A stretch of 45,469 nt of DNA from a virus (IMGVR_UViG_3300037424_000357:1-45469), one strand, 5' to 3'; positions 1 through 8,608 are shown, counted from the stretch's first letter. A program made the numbers and translations. Notes: a model not told the origin generated them from the letters alone.

Positions 1-32
1 ACAGAGAACATCACGCGACAGAAAGGAACAGG

Positions 33-158
33 CAATGACAACACCATGGAACAGATGTGACGCTTGCGGTGAGTTCATTGCCTTTGAAGATTTTGAACGC
101 GTCGCAAGGCGAGTTTTGGTTACTCCTGATAGCGAGTTTTCAAAAGAGGAATACGAAA
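33..158. repeat. 126-bp terminal direct repeat, left copy (assembly circularisation overlap)
   Basis: Identical to 45344-45469; bases 1-32 are not part of the repeat. Confidence 0.95.
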
Positions 159-214
159 CGCTTTGCATAAGCTGCACCGACACAGAGCGCAGACAGAAGG
201 AAAGAACTCAATGA
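35..214 (+). CDS. 59-aa putative zinc-binding protein (not in ORF track)
   Basis: Manual translation MTTPWNRCDACGEF...LCISCTDTERRQKERTQ with two CxxC motifs; ATGA overlap with the next gene. Confidence 0.7.
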   Translation: MTTPWNRCDACGEFIAFEDFERVARRVLVTPDSEFSKEEYETLCISCTDTERRQKERTQ

Positions 215-477
215 GCAAGCTAGCACATTCAAACGATGAAACAATGCTTCAAATCGAAGCCGCGCATTACCGCGAAGAACACGGGCTTGATGAACCACAG
301 GGAGTTGATCTCATGCGCGAAGCCAACAACGAATACTTCATTGCATCGCTTACCGACGATGCTGAGGACGCGCTGCACATAGTCAGGGAAATGCTTCCCA
401 AGCAGCGCGCCGGCATCAAGGATGATCTGGAACGGGCCGCTGATTTCATCGCTAAGGCTTTGCTGGAGTGCCGGTAA
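211..477 (+). CDS. hypothetical protein
   Basis: ORF 163..477 with likely ATG at 211, coupled to both neighbours. Confidence 0.65.
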   Translation: MSKLAHSNDETMLQIEAAHYREEHGLDEPQGVDLMREANNEYFIASLTDDAEDALHIVREMLPKQRAGIKDDLERAADFIAKALLECR

Positions 478-1094
478 TGGAAACGAAACTCAACATCCTT
501 CAGCGCCTTGCCGCCGTGCAGGGAGAGCTTGACTACATTCAGAAGGATAAACCAAAGGGCATGACCTACAGCATCGTAAGCCATGACAAGGTCACGGCTG
601 CGGTGCGCCCCCTCATGGTGAAGTATGGCGTGTTGTACTACCCATCAGGCATGAGAGCCACGCAAGACGGCAACCGCACCGAAGTACAGATGACCGTGAC
701 ATTTGTAAACGTGGACGACAAGACTGATTATCTGGACGTTGCAACCATCGGCTACGGCATTGACACGCAAGACAAGGGGCCCGGAAAGGCCATGAGCTAC
801 TGCGTCAAGTATGCGCTGCTCAAAACCCTTGGCCTTGAAACTGGCGACGATCCTGATCAGGACCAAGACGTGAAGCATGAAGCCGACAAGCCCAAAGCAT
901 CTAAGGCGACATCGCGCGAGGACTTTGACAGGCTGGTCAAGGAAATTCGCAACATGACAAGCCTTGCCGCTCTTGTCGCGTGGAACAAGGAAAATGCAGC
1001 GGCTACCAACTCAATGCCGCGCGACTGGTTTGATGATCTCAAGGTCGAATATCTGGACAAGCAAAGCGAACTGAAAAAGGCATTGGCAGCATGA
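477..1094 (+). CDS. erf: ERF-family ssDNA-annealing recombinase
   Basis: GYGIDTQDKGPGKAMSYCVKYALLKTLGL matches the ERF core motif; TAATG overlap at 475-479. Confidence 0.85.
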   Translation: METKLNILQRLAAVQGELDYIQKDKPKGMTYSIVSHDKVTAAVRPLMVKYGVLYYPSGMRATQDGNRTEVQMTVTFVNVDDKTDYLDVATIGYGIDTQDKGPGKAMSYCVKYALLKTLGLETGDDPDQDQDVKHEADKPKASKATSREDFDRLVKEIRNMTSLAALVAWNKENAAATNSMPRDWFDDLKVEYLDKQSELKKALAA

Positions 1095-1270
1095 ACCGTT
1101 ACCTCACATTAGGAAACTGGCTACGCGCTGTCCGCATGTGGCAAGGCGGCGCTGATACGGTGGAAATAGCCGCGCATTTTGAATGCCACGAGGCATTTAT
1201 ATATTCGCATCTTCCGGCATATCGCGGCAAGTACAGGAACACACTACAGCTTGCGGAGAGGGCGGCATGA
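1091..1270 (+). CDS. 59-aa small protein, possible HTH (not in ORF track)
   Basis: MNRYLTLGNWLRAVRMWQGGADTVEIAAHFECHEAFIYSHL...; ATGA overlaps on both sides. Confidence 0.6.
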   Translation: MNRYLTLGNWLRAVRMWQGGADTVEIAAHFECHEAFIYSHLPAYRGKYRNTLQLAERAA

Positions 1271-1713
1271 TAGAACCCGCTGCAATGCAAGCTGACTATA
1301 CCGATTTGCGCTTCATCAAGGGGCGCAAGGTAATTCAGGTGGTATTGGAACTGCCCATTGAAGCGGGGGCGCAATTCGTTTCCATGTTTGGAACGCCCGA
1401 TCCTTCCAAGACTATTCCAGTAGGGATAGCCCGCATTGATTTGAACGCCAAGCCAGAGAAGCCAAAAGGCGGAAAGCTCGCGCAACGGGCGGGGATACTT
1501 TGCAATGAAAAAGGCTTTTGGGTTTTTCTAAAAGAGCATCCGAACCACGGCCCGATGATAGTGGCCATTGAAAGCGAAAAGGACGCGGCTGGAATTATCT
1601 ATGACATTTGCGACATCGTAAGCCGCGCCGAACTGGACTACGATTTGGAGGCTGCAGCCAAATTCAAAGACCTGGAAGCCAGCTATCGTGCTTGGCTTAC
1701 GGTGGCGGCATGA
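1267..1713 (+). CDS. hypothetical phage protein
   Basis: ORF 1183..1713 with coupled ATG at 1267. Confidence 0.7.
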   Translation: MIEPAAMQADYTDLRFIKGRKVIQVVLELPIEAGAQFVSMFGTPDPSKTIPVGIARIDLNAKPEKPKGGKLAQRAGILCNEKGFWVFLKEHPNHGPMIVAIESEKDAAGIIYDICDIVSRAELDYDLEAAAKFKDLEASYRAWLTVAA

Positions 1714-2078
1714 GAACCGAGTTCAAAAAATCTGTAAAACGCGAGGCCTACAAGCGCTCTGGCGGCTTTTGCGAGGGTGAAGGTCCGCTTTATGGCCACG
1801 CTATCGGCGTTCGCTGCAACGTGCCGCTTTCCTACGGAATTCATTTCGATCATGTCAATGGCGATAGCAACGGCGGACCGGCAACGCTTGAGAACTGCGC
1901 TGCAACTTGCCCCAAATGCAATCAGTATAAGAACAACCATTTCGATACGCCACGCGCTGCAAAGGGGCTGAGACAGCAGGATAAACACCTTGGCATTGAA
2001 GCACCAAAGCAGAAAATCCCCTCGCGCGGATTCGGGCGGTGGAAATCTAATGCTGTGGACGTGAGGGACGATAGATGA
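1710..2078 (+). CDS. HNH endonuclease
   Basis: FDHVNGDSNGGPATLENCAATCPKCNQYK HNH/zinc motif; ATGA-coupled start at 1710. Confidence 0.85.
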   Translation: MRTEFKKSVKREAYKRSGGFCEGEGPLYGHAIGVRCNVPLSYGIHFDHVNGDSNGGPATLENCAATCPKCNQYKNNHFDTPRAAKGLRQQDKHLGIEAPKQKIPSRGFGRWKSNAVDVRDDR

Positions 2079-2202
2079 AGAAATTCATTCAGTGGTTCTT
2101 CGGCTTTGAACAACTCAATACCATTCAAGACCATGAACGCGAGCCGCGCTGTGTCACAAGAATATGGTGCGGAAGTATCAAACTGATGCAGGGAGGTAAG
2201 TG

Positions 2203-2559
2203 ATGACCGATGATGAATTGATTGAGTGGGCAGATTATGAACTGGGCTACAATAGCGGTGCTCCACATGAGCAAACAGATCGACTCATCGTTTTGGCGCG
2301 TATGGGCGCTGCGGTGAAGCCAAGGCCAATTGAAGAAGCGCCGAAGGATGGAAGCGAGCAATTTCTAATTCGTATGGTTGATGGAGAAGTATGTTTTCAG
2401 GGAACTGGTTCTTGGGGCGTTGCGCGTCCACAGCACGACGGCTACCGGGCAAATGACGGAATTCCCGCCTGGTTACAGTATGACAAGAAATATCTTTTTC
2501 CGGAGCCAACTCACTTCATTCCGCTTTCCGCCTTCCCCGTTCCTGTAGAGGGGGAATGA
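2203..2559 (+). CDS. DUF551-like phage protein
   Basis: PIEEAPKDG...PTHFIPL signature. Confidence 0.6.
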   Translation: MTDDELIEWADYELGYNSGAPHEQTDRLIVLARMGAAVKPRPIEEAPKDGSEQFLIRMVDGEVCFQGTGSWGVARPQHDGYRANDGIPAWLQYDKKYLFPEPTHFIPLSAFPVPVEGE

Positions 2560-3003
2560 ATGCTCGACAAGCTCTACAGCCCGCTTGAAGTCTTGCAGAC
2601 CTTTCCGGAAGGCCACAGGCCGAGCTTGCGCCGTCTTATTGCCAAGGCCAAGGAAGCGCAGTGTTGCGTCAAGTGTGGCCGTGGAATAGGCTTGACCCAA
2701 AGGCACGTTGATGCCTTGTGGGGATACCTGTCATGCTCAGGCTCAAGAAATATTCCAAGTCGCCCTATTGGCAGGTCCGTGGGACGGTTGCAGGAAGGCT
2801 CATCCACAAAAGCACTGGAACTGCTAATCGAAAAAAAGCTGAAAAATTCCGCTTCAATCTCGAAAACCAGACATACGACATTATCGCACTGGGCGAAGCA
2901 CCGCCAGCCACATTCGCAGACGCCGCCATCGTCTATGTCAACAAGGGCGGAGAAACCAAGTATCTCAAAAGAATTTCAAGATTTTTCGGAGACACCCCAC
3001 TGA
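2560..3003 (+). CDS. putative excisionase / recombination directionality factor, with C-terminus overlapping the integrase
   Basis: RBS gagggg; winged-helix-like N-terminal ~60 aa; directly upstream of int. Confidence 0.5.
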   Translation: MLDKLYSPLEVLQTFPEGHRPSLRRLIAKAKEAQCCVKCGRGIGLTQRHVDALWGYLSCSGSRNIPSRPIGRSVGRLQEGSSTKALELLIEKKLKNSASISKTRHTTLSHWAKHRQPHSQTPPSSMSTRAEKPSISKEFQDFSETPH

Positions 3004-3668
3004 GGGAAATCGGACAACAGGAAATAGATAGGGCCGCGCATGAACTCTACCCGAACGCCAAAGCAAGCACAATCAACAGAAGCCTCATCAGCCCCTACAT
3101 CACGGTGGTGCGTGCTGCCATCAAGGCAGAACTACCAGGTGCCGTACTCAGACCAATCGAGCGCAGGAAAGAATCAAAGCCTGTTGTTACACCTGCCGAC
3201 GACGAACACATCGCTTCCCTACTCCCATACTGTAGTGAAGGTTTAGCCGCGTTGATAACCCTAATGACCTACACGGGATTGCGCACCGGAGAAGCGCTGA
3301 GAGTTAAACAGGAGGATTGCAAGGATGGGTTCATCCAGATCGGCACGACTAAAAACGGCGAACCAAGAATGGTGCCAGAACCTTCTGGATGGACGTATCC
3401 ACGATCTGGTTTCGGTTTTTCTTCAACTCAGGGGGTTGGTCGGGCGCTTAGAGCGGCACACAAACGCGCAGCACTTAGCTACCGAGATGGGCACGAGCTT
3501 GGACGCCATGCGTTCGCATCTCGCTGGCTTGCGGCTGGAAATTCAATCAAGGGCCTCAAAGAAGCTGGCGGATGGAAAAAGCTGGCCGTTGTAGATGAGA
3601 AGTACGGCCATCTAGAGCAAACAGCAGTCCATGAAGTGATGCGCGAACTTTCGAGGAAGAAAACATGA
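2733..3668 (+). CDS. int: tyrosine recombinase / phage integrase
   Basis: TGLRTGEAL, TKNGEPR, HELGRHAFASRW, GGW and YGHL catalytic motifs; N-terminal YWQVRGT...STGT arm-binding-like domain. Confidence 0.93.
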   Translation: MLRLKKYSKSPYWQVRGTVAGRLIHKSTGTANRKKAEKFRFNLENQTYDIIALGEAPPATFADAAIVYVNKGGETKYLKRISRFFGDTPLREIGQQEIDRAAHELYPNAKASTINRSLISPYITVVRAAIKAELPGAVLRPIERRKESKPVVTPADDEHIASLLPYCSEGLAALITLMTYTGLRTGEALRVKQEDCKDGFIQIGTTKNGEPRMVPEPSGWTYPRSGFGFSSTQGVGRALRAAHKRAALSYRDGHELGRHAFASRWLAAGNSIKGLKEAGGWKKLAVVDEKYGHLEQTAVHEVMRELSRKKT

Positions 3669-3842
3669 GCATGTGTATTTTTCTGGGACATGATTGGGGG
3701 CGTTATTTCGTCGCCACCGTCACTGAATATTTTGGTGAGATGCGGGCCGGAGAAAGTAACCTCGCCTCCTACACCGCCAAACGATGCAAACGCTGCGGTA
3801 GAATTGAAGAGGCCAAACCATGAGAGAGTTGAGCAGGAAGCC

Positions 3843-4058
3843 ATGAAGCGCAAAACGCAATTTCACTATATCGAAGACGCCAACGCCGCGCACACGGACC
3901 TGAACACTTTTGCGGCAATTCGAGCGCTTTGCGAAAACAGCTTGTTCAGCAGACATAGTTTCGGTGGCGAAGCCCGCATAGGCCGCATTTGTGAAACAGA
4001 AATGGACAAGTGTTTGCGGCGCTTCGATAGATCAATGAAGCTAGCAGATTTAAAATAA
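3843..4058 (+). CDS. hypothetical protein
   Basis: ORF 3690..4058; ATG at 3843 follows an aggaag RBS. Confidence 0.55.
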   Translation: MKRKTQFHYIEDANAAHTDLNTFAAIRALCENSLFSRHSFGGEARIGRICETEMDKCLRRFDRSMKLADLK

Positions 4059-4268
4059 ACCGTGCATTTTTAGTGCGCTCAATATAGGATAAAAACTATG
4101 CAATTGATTTCAAACAAAAAAGAGCCGAACCATATTATCGGTTCGGCCCAAGTCTACGGACGGGCAAGCCTTCAAAACGTAACGTATATAGGCCATTTCA
4201 CGAACAGACCGTGCACGTCTTTGCTGTTCGTTGCACGTTCGTTCACAAGCCCGCAGATTAAACCGTGC
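4056..4268. other. candidate attP region
   Basis: Non-coding gap downstream of int; taaaccgtgc direct repeats at 4056-4065 and 4259-4268, and accgtgc at 4208-4214 (arm-type-like). Confidence 0.55.
4116..4149 (-). terminator. rho-independent terminator
   Basis: Minus strand reads gggccgaacc-gataatat-ggttcggctc-tttttt. Confidence 0.75.
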
Positions 4269-4285
4269 GATTCAGGTGCAGTGTC

Positions 4286-4507
4286 ATGAGCGATGATGAT
4301 CTTTGGAAAACTGCTGCAATAGTCAATGATTGGGTTCTTCCGATGCCCGCGAATTGGTTTCTTAGACTTCCTATAATTCGGAATTTCAGAGCAGCCTTTC
4401 TTTTATGGCAAGTTGAACGACACAACGAGATTTACCGCTCAATTGGAATGATCCCGCAAGGTTACGACGAATGGGTGATTTATGCAATTTGGAAAGGCCG
4501 TTGCTGA
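4286..4507 (+). CDS. hypothetical protein
   Basis: ORF 4265..4507, likely start MSDDDLW. Confidence 0.55.
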   Translation: MSDDDLWKTAAIVNDWVLPMPANWFLRLPIIRNFRAAFLLWQVERHNEIYRSIGMIPQGYDEWVIYAIWKGRC

Positions 4508-4764
4508 TGCCTGGAATCTTTTACGGAAATCCTCAACACGCCGATTACTTTGAGGACGAACCAACCCCCATCAGAAAGCAGGAAGCCATGACAACAGACA
4601 ACGAAAGATGGTGGGATACGAACGAGTTTGGCCACTGGTGCCCGTCTTGTGGGCATTGCCTCTCAAATGACCCAGAGGAAGAAATCAGCCGTGAAGAATG
4701 CCCGACTTGCGGCTTTCCAGAAGATATTGAAAAAACGGCTGAATATTTTGCAGGTGGGCCATGA
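4507..4764 (+). CDS. zinc-ribbon protein (start may be 4588)
   Basis: CPSCGHC...CPTCG. Confidence 0.55.
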   Translation: MPGIFYGNPQHADYFEDEPTPIRKQEAMTTDNERWWDTNEFGHWCPSCGHCLSNDPEEEISREECPTCGFPEDIEKTAEYFAGGP

Positions 4765-5123
4765 TCACAGACACTCAGCTCCGCGCATTGGCGGAGAAGG
4801 CGAAAGAGGCGCGGGACAGGTTTGAAAACAGAAGACCTGGCGGATTCAAAAGCGCTTTCAATTACGAGGACTACCGAAAGGCTGATAGGCTCTATCGCAA
4901 AGCCGCCAATCCAGAAGCCATCCTCGCCCTGCTTGATATGGTGAAGGAAGCCAACGAGCGGGCGGAGAAGGTGCGGGATGATACGCTGCAAGAAGCTAAG
5001 CAGCGTCTTCAACCCGTATTTATGCTAACCCGCACTCATTTTACTGACGCAGAAATTCACTGGATGGCGGCGGCTAGAGCCATCGACGCCCTCAACCCCA
5101 CCCCCGCTAAAGGAGAAACGTAA
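4761..5123 (+). CDS. Ead/Ea22-like phage protein
   Basis: LRALAEKA...AANPEAILALLD signature. Confidence 0.65.
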   Translation: MITDTQLRALAEKAKEARDRFENRRPGGFKSAFNYEDYRKADRLYRKAANPEAILALLDMVKEANERAEKVRDDTLQEAKQRLQPVFMLTRTHFTDAEIHWMAAARAIDALNPTPAKGET

Positions 5124-5212
5124 ATGAACATGCCGATGCTACTGGCCCTTGGCCGCAAGAATGGAGAAACCGGCTACTGGCTCGCGCCGTTGCCGTATGA
5201 GGGGCTTTGAAG

Positions 5213-5311
5213 ATGGAAAGTGCCCAACTAGCTTTCATCCTTGCTGTCGAAGCCGTGTTTGGTGCCGCCGTTTTTTACTGGTATTTCATCCTCGATATGC
5301 CTGCATTTTAA
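5213..5311 (+). CDS. 32-aa single-TM peptide (not in ORF track)
   Basis: MESAQLAFILAVEAVFGAAVFYWYFILDMPAF, preceded by gagggg. Confidence 0.45.
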   Translation: MESAQLAFILAVEAVFGAAVFYWYFILDMPAF

Positions 5312-5315
5312 CGCG

Positions 5316-5344
5316 AAAAAGCCCCAGTGGGGACACTGAGGCTT
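5316..5344 (-). terminator. terminator hairpin
   Basis: aaaaagccccagtg-ggga-cactgaggctt; the U-tract lies on the minus strand. Confidence 0.65.
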
Positions 5345-5447
5345 GATCGTCAAAACCAAAACTAAAGGCCGCGCTTGCAGTCGCGTCAACACCCAACTAA
5401 CTTAATTACCGTGAGTCCGTCACGGCGCGGAAATAGGAGAATATAAA

Positions 5448-5642
5448 ATGTCCGAGGAATTAGAAAACTGGCTATCTTGGCGCGACCAGATGCGCCAAAA
5501 ACATCGTGTAATGAACCTTGGGGAATACAGGGCATGGTGCTTTGCTGGTGATGCAATATCTTCCCCAACGTGCTCAAGCTCTTTCCCCGGTGGGCTTACA
5601 ATAACTCTCGACAAGCCAGCAATCATTGGGAGGATCGAATAA
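5448..5642 (+). CDS. hypothetical protein
   Basis: Strong aggaga RBS upstream. Confidence 0.55.
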   Translation: MSEELENWLSWRDQMRQKHRVMNLGEYRAWCFAGDAISSPTCSSSFPGGLTITLDKPAIIGRIE

Positions 5643-5741
5643 TAACCGCCACTGACCCGTGTGGCCCGGAATAGGAGATGATACCGTTCGGTAAAGCGCT
5701 TTAATTCGCCAAGTCTGGCGGGTTACTACAGGAGATGAAAG

Positions 5742-5945
5742 ATGAAAATCATTGGGCTTGATTTGGCGAGTGGAGAAGATTTTACCGCCTATAGGGGGGT
5801 GAGGCTTCCTAGGGGTATGTCGCCTGAATTAGCCGACGAGCTGGAGCACAAATTATGTGCTTGGTATGACGAACAAGACCAGTTCCCCCTTGAATTTGGG
5901 ATTGAGTTGTTCAAAACAATCGCCGCCTTCACATCTCCAAAATAG
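5742..5945 (+). CDS. hypothetical protein
   Basis: aggaga RBS; last gene of the + strand block. Confidence 0.6.
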   Translation: MKIIGLDLASGEDFTAYRGVRLPRGMSPELADELEHKLCAWYDEQDQFPLEFGIELFKTIAAFTSPK

Positions 5946-6294
5946 ACCTAATGAGCCTGACATCAAGCCTTCTATACTCAATCGGCTTTCCAAGCGCCCG
6001 GTAATGATCAATGCTGTAGCTCATGCCGGGGGACAGGCCCAGATCACCGTAGGCCACGCAGGCTTCTGCATCGTCTCCCCAAGCCCATCCGGCCCTGATT
6101 CCTATGTGCCTAGCCAGTTCGTCCTCATCTTCATCTATAAGGCCCCAGTGGCTAGCATAGGGGGCTTCCCATCGCCTTCGGCAGTCGGCTAGGCAATGGC
6201 CCAGGTAAATGCGGTGCTGCTCCGTAGTGTGAACTTCAGTCGCCCTATATGGGGACTCAACCACCACCTTACGGAAAGGGAGAACAACAGTCAC
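5929..6294 (-). CDS. DUF7768/DUF4406-like Rossmannoid phage protein (start uncertain)
   Basis: VVVESPY...CLADC...EAPYASH...VAYGDLGLSPGM...IEYR. Confidence 0.7.
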   Translation of the reverse strand: MTVVLPFRKVVVESPYRATEVHTTEQHRIYLGHCLADCRRRWEAPYASHWGLIDEDEDELARHIGIRAGWAWGDDAEACVAYGDLGLSPGMSYSIDHYRALGKPIEYRRLDVRLIRSILEM

Positions 6295-6343
6295 CTTATG
6301 CCCGTTTAGCGGATTGGGGATAGCGGGGGGTGTTAACACCTGT

Positions 6344-7354
6344 TTACACCTTGGCTGATTTGTTAACCGTGGGTTGAGCCCTTGCCCGGTCCATAAACAA
6401 AGATTCACCTCTGAAATACGGTATCCCATCCTGAACCGTGACAAGCTCAGGGGGCAGCAACCGGCCAGCCTTGAAGGTCAGCGAACCAAAGCCGGAACCC
6501 CAGTTCATCGGGTTGTCCTCGCCGTAGTCAAACTTGTCGGTTTCCGGCCCGAAGTCAGATAGCGTTCCAGTGTCCACGCCCCAGCGCCTGCCTCGGTAGT
6601 CAGTGATTGGAGTAACGCATGAGCGGTGCAGGTGATTTGTGACAATGGTTTTTCCGCCGTGTAGCGTGTTGTTCCATGCGGCGTGCAACCCATTCCGGAA
6701 CCGGTGCTTCACCACAACATCATCATTGATATGGGTGGACCAAGCGAAATTCCATGCCGGGAAGTGGTCTTGAAGGTCCATTCCCTCAACCCGCACATAT
6801 TCCGGCGCAACCGATGCCAGGCGGGCAGAGAACCGGGCGTCGTGGTTGCCCATGTTCCAGCACAGCTTGGCCTTGGGCGGGGCTGCCGCGGCAATCTCGC
6901 CCATCATTTCCTTGCAGAAGGCGAGCTCGTCGGCAACGTCAGGCAGCTTGGACCAGCCCTTGGGGGGGTGCCTGGAGATAGTCGGGCCGTCAAGCGCGTC
7001 CCCATTGAAAATGAGATATTGCGGCTGATACACATTAATAAAGCATATGAGGGCTTTATGCGCTACCGGCGCTTCACCCGGCCAATAGTGGCTATCTCCC
7101 CAAACTACGGCAATACCGTCTTTGATTGCCAGTTCTATACGCTGGCCAATCCGGTCAACATATTCTTTCGGTCTGCCCGTGGTTGAATTGGGGCCGGATG
7201 GGAGCAATACGCCAAGCCTGCCTTCAATGGCCTTCCGTCTATGGAATGTATTGCTTACCGTGAGGTCCAGGGCCTTGGCTATTTGCGTTGTTTGGCCATT
7301 GAATTTAAGCCATGTTTCAATGAAAATTTTGTCGGGCACCGGGGCCTTGGTCAT
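6344..7354 (-). CDS. calcineurin-like metallophosphoesterase with N-terminal HTH-like region
   Basis: GDSH, GDALD, GNHD, KH and NHLHR motifs. Confidence 0.88.
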   Translation of the reverse strand: MTKAPVPDKIFIETWLKFNGQTTQIAKALDLTVSNTFHRRKAIEGRLGVLLPSGPNSTTGRPKEYVDRIGQRIELAIKDGIAVVWGDSHYWPGEAPVAHKALICFINVYQPQYLIFNGDALDGPTISRHPPKGWSKLPDVADELAFCKEMMGEIAAAAPPKAKLCWNMGNHDARFSARLASVAPEYVRVEGMDLQDHFPAWNFAWSTHINDDVVVKHRFRNGLHAAWNNTLHGGKTIVTNHLHRSCVTPITDYRGRRWGVDTGTLSDFGPETDKFDYGEDNPMNWGSGFGSLTFKAGRLLPPELVTVQDGIPYFRGESLFMDRARAQPTVNKSAKV

Positions 7355-7524
7355 TTCCCTCCCCTTTTCTTTTGACGCGCCATCCGGCGTTTCTTCAGGG
7401 GGCTTGGAATGGGCTTATAGTTTTTGCCTTTCATGGCTTTGTTGGCCTTTCGTTGCAGCCAAGCAACGGCCTCCGTAGTAAACTCCTCAATGGGTTCTAT
7501 GAGTGGACTTTTGACAGTAGCCAT
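7351..7524 (-). CDS. 57-aa basic protein (not in ORF track)
   Basis: MATVKSPLIEP...KKRRMARQKKRGGK; gaggtg RBS; ATGA-coupled to the phosphoesterase. Confidence 0.55.
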   Translation of the reverse strand: MATVKSPLIEPIEEFTTEAVAWLQRKANKAMKGKNYKPIPSPLKKRRMARQKKRGGK

Positions 7525-7629
7525 AGATCACCTCTCAGTTTATAGTTCGTGTGCACGCGGAGAAATCATTATATTTCAGTGGCTTGTGGTAAAAATGGGG
7601 TCAAAAACCGCCATTTGCAGCCCGCGGTA

Positions 7630-7860
7630 TCAATGTTCGTCTCGCTTGGGGCGCTTTCGCCAATTGTCCCAGTCCATCGCTTGACGAAAAGCCTGGTGCA
7701 TCTTCTCCTCTATTTCAGGGGAGTTCCGCTTCATGATGATCGGGATTGCCTGCTTGATCATCCAAACAGCAAGCCGGGGCAAGTAGTCCGTTCGGGTTAC
7801 GGAATACCAAATGCCCCCGGCAGCTACGGCAAAGAGGACTAAACCTCCAAGCCAGATCAT
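7630..7860 (-). CDS. small membrane-anchored protein
   Basis: N-terminal TM; coupled to the upstream gene. Confidence 0.6.
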   Translation of the reverse strand: MIWLGGLVLFAVAAGGIWYSVTRTDYLPRLAVWMIKQAIPIIMKRNSPEIEEKMHQAFRQAMDWDNWRKRPKRDEH

Positions 7861-8054
7861 TAGTAAAGTGTCTTGGCTGTGAAGAAGGTGCGGAATACAA
7901 TCGTAATGAGCGACTGGATTGCAGTAATGCCAGCAAGAATCTGGACCTGCATTTCAGAAGAAATGTCCATTCCAAATACTGCGGCCACCATAGCCGCAAA
8001 GCTGATTGCCTGAGTCCAGTTGATCTTTGAGAGTAGTCCAGGGTTGATAGTCAT
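7860..8054 (-). CDS. putative holin (2 TM)
   Basis: SKINWTQAISFAAMVAAVFG...; 64 aa; lies in the lysis region. Confidence 0.65.
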   Translation of the reverse strand: MTINPGLLSKINWTQAISFAAMVAAVFGMDISSEMQVQILAGITAIQSLITIVFRTFFTAKTLY

Positions 8055-8066
8055 TGTAGTATCCTT

Positions 8067-8315
8067 TCAGTTGGGGTTAAAATAATCCGCCAATTCTTTG
8101 TGAGATTTGACGCCAAGAGTTTTGAAGAATGGGCAAGATCGTCCGACCCAAACGCCGCCCCTCTCTCGGTCATTGCAGAAGCAGGGCGGCTCCATGGAAC
8201 AACTGCCCCATAGGTCTAGAAAGTAATTCGCGTCGGGCTCCGTCTTTTCGACATAAAGATATGTTGTCTTAATGCCGTCCGTTATGCCCACGTATGAAGT
8301 GCCAATGTCTCGCAT
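8067..8315 (-). CDS. hypothetical Cys-rich protein
   Basis: ORF track. Confidence 0.5.
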   Translation of the reverse strand: MRDIGTSYVGITDGIKTTYLYVEKTEPDANYFLDLWGSCSMEPPCFCNDRERGGVWVGRSCPFFKTLGVKSHKELADYFNPN

Positions 8316-8318
8316 GAG

Positions 8319-8438
8319 TTAAAATGTAGTATCGTCAGGCGGTCTGGTTTTCTGGTCTATGCTTCCGCAAACAAGCCACGCGACGGCAAGCACGATAAAA
8401 ACGCCGATCCAGAACCAGCCGAATTGATCGAGGCTCAT
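8319..8438 (-). CDS. 39-aa single-TM peptide (not in ORF track)
   Basis: MSLDQFGWFWIGVFIVLAVAWLVCGSIDQK...; ATGA-coupled. Confidence 0.55.
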   Translation of the reverse strand: MSLDQFGWFWIGVFIVLAVAWLVCGSIDQKTRPPDDTTF

Positions 8439-8608
8439 TCGATTTTGACGCCGTTTTTGTCGTATTGGTAGATTATCGGGTTGATGATGTAGCCCATCGC
8501 TTCTTTTGCAAGCGCCAAGGATTCATAGCTGCCCATTGGGGCCCCGTTTTTTTCAAGGTTCCACTTTTTATCTAGGCGCTGTTGAATTTTGAAAACTGCG
8601 GTCATCAG
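8435..8608 (-). CDS. hypothetical protein
   Basis: ORF 8435..8626, likely start MTAVF. Confidence 0.55.
   Translation of the reverse strand: MMTAVFKIQQRLDKKWNLEKNGAPMGSYESLALAKEAMGYIINPIIYQYDKNGVKIE

Noticed and set aside
7545-7620. Second att or dif-like site in an AT-rich gap
   Set aside because: No repeat partner or convincing consensus; could be a simple promoter region.
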